From Macrostomum lignano (taxonomy: Eukaryota): a stretch of 44,022 nt of DNA. The notes under the pieces are model-generated. The model saw only the letters and a program-made list of their open reading frames with translations. It had not been told where the DNA came from and made no database searches. Each line of letters begins with the position of its first letter. The stretch's first letter is position 1. Below are positions 43,516 to 44,022 of the stretch, one piece after another. The position numbers were made by a program, and so were the translations under genes. The DNA is taken from assembly GCA_002269645.1 (NCBI GenBank), contig NIVC01002396.1:134399-178420 (forward strand). The letters are read 5' to 3'.

Positions 43516-44022
43516 CTGAGTGCGAAAGTAGCAAGTACTACCTGCTGGCTTGAGTTACTTGAGTGTCACAGTAATGTGCCAAAGACTTACTGCTTCAAAT
43601 ATCAACTTTGAGGGTTGCCAGTGGTTGATGCAAAGAATCAACAGTTCCGAGAGAATTTACGTAGATAGAAGTACACTATTCTGAGACGGAGCAGTTTTTA
43701 CTTTAGCTGGTCAAAATTCAATCATATTCGGACAAAAAAGACATGATTGCTTCATTCGCAACCCGGCAACTTCAGAAGATAAGATGACATGCGTGAGTAG
43801 GAGCTCTTGTGCGTTGGCTTTATTCATGAGATCTTTTTACTGCACTTCAATTTTTAAAGTGAGCAGCAAAAATACTAGCATTGGTGTGCAAAATCAACGC
43901 ATACAAGTAGGGGGATTGGGGTAATCCTAGATCTGGCGCAACTGCTGTGTGTGCAGTGCGCGGCCACATCTGGTCAACGCGCACAATGCGACCGCGCCCA
44001 AGCACGCCTCGGTCGACTTTGA

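Overview
Eukaryotic (animal) genomic DNA. No bacterial, viral, rRNA or CRISPR features were found. GC-rich exons separated by minisatellite-filled introns resemble the flatworm Macrostomum lignano; this species guess is from recall only and is untested. Genes: the 5' half of SMC3 (minus strand, runs off the window start), an unrecognised intronless 201-aa Cys/Pro + Gly/Tyr-rich ORF (minus), an SLC49A4/DIRC2-like MFS transporter (minus), USO1/p115 (plus), RPL26 (plus), and a probable unrecognised minus-strand gene whose 3' end converges on RPL26. Mobile DNA: a 5'-truncated Ty3/Gypsy element with an unusual PPT-LTR-PBS junction sitting inside a 21-bp satellite, a decayed PHD-ORF1 LINE interrupted by an internally deleted mariner, an RTE-type LINE fragment, and a long-TIR MITE. 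Every predicted intron over 400 nt contains a tandem array. Old repeat-derived intergenic blocks are almost free of CpG, while genes and the young Gypsy are CpG-rich. Several single-base frameshifts in essential genes look like assembly errors. Exon boundaries, translations and counts were made by eye; array edges are approximate.
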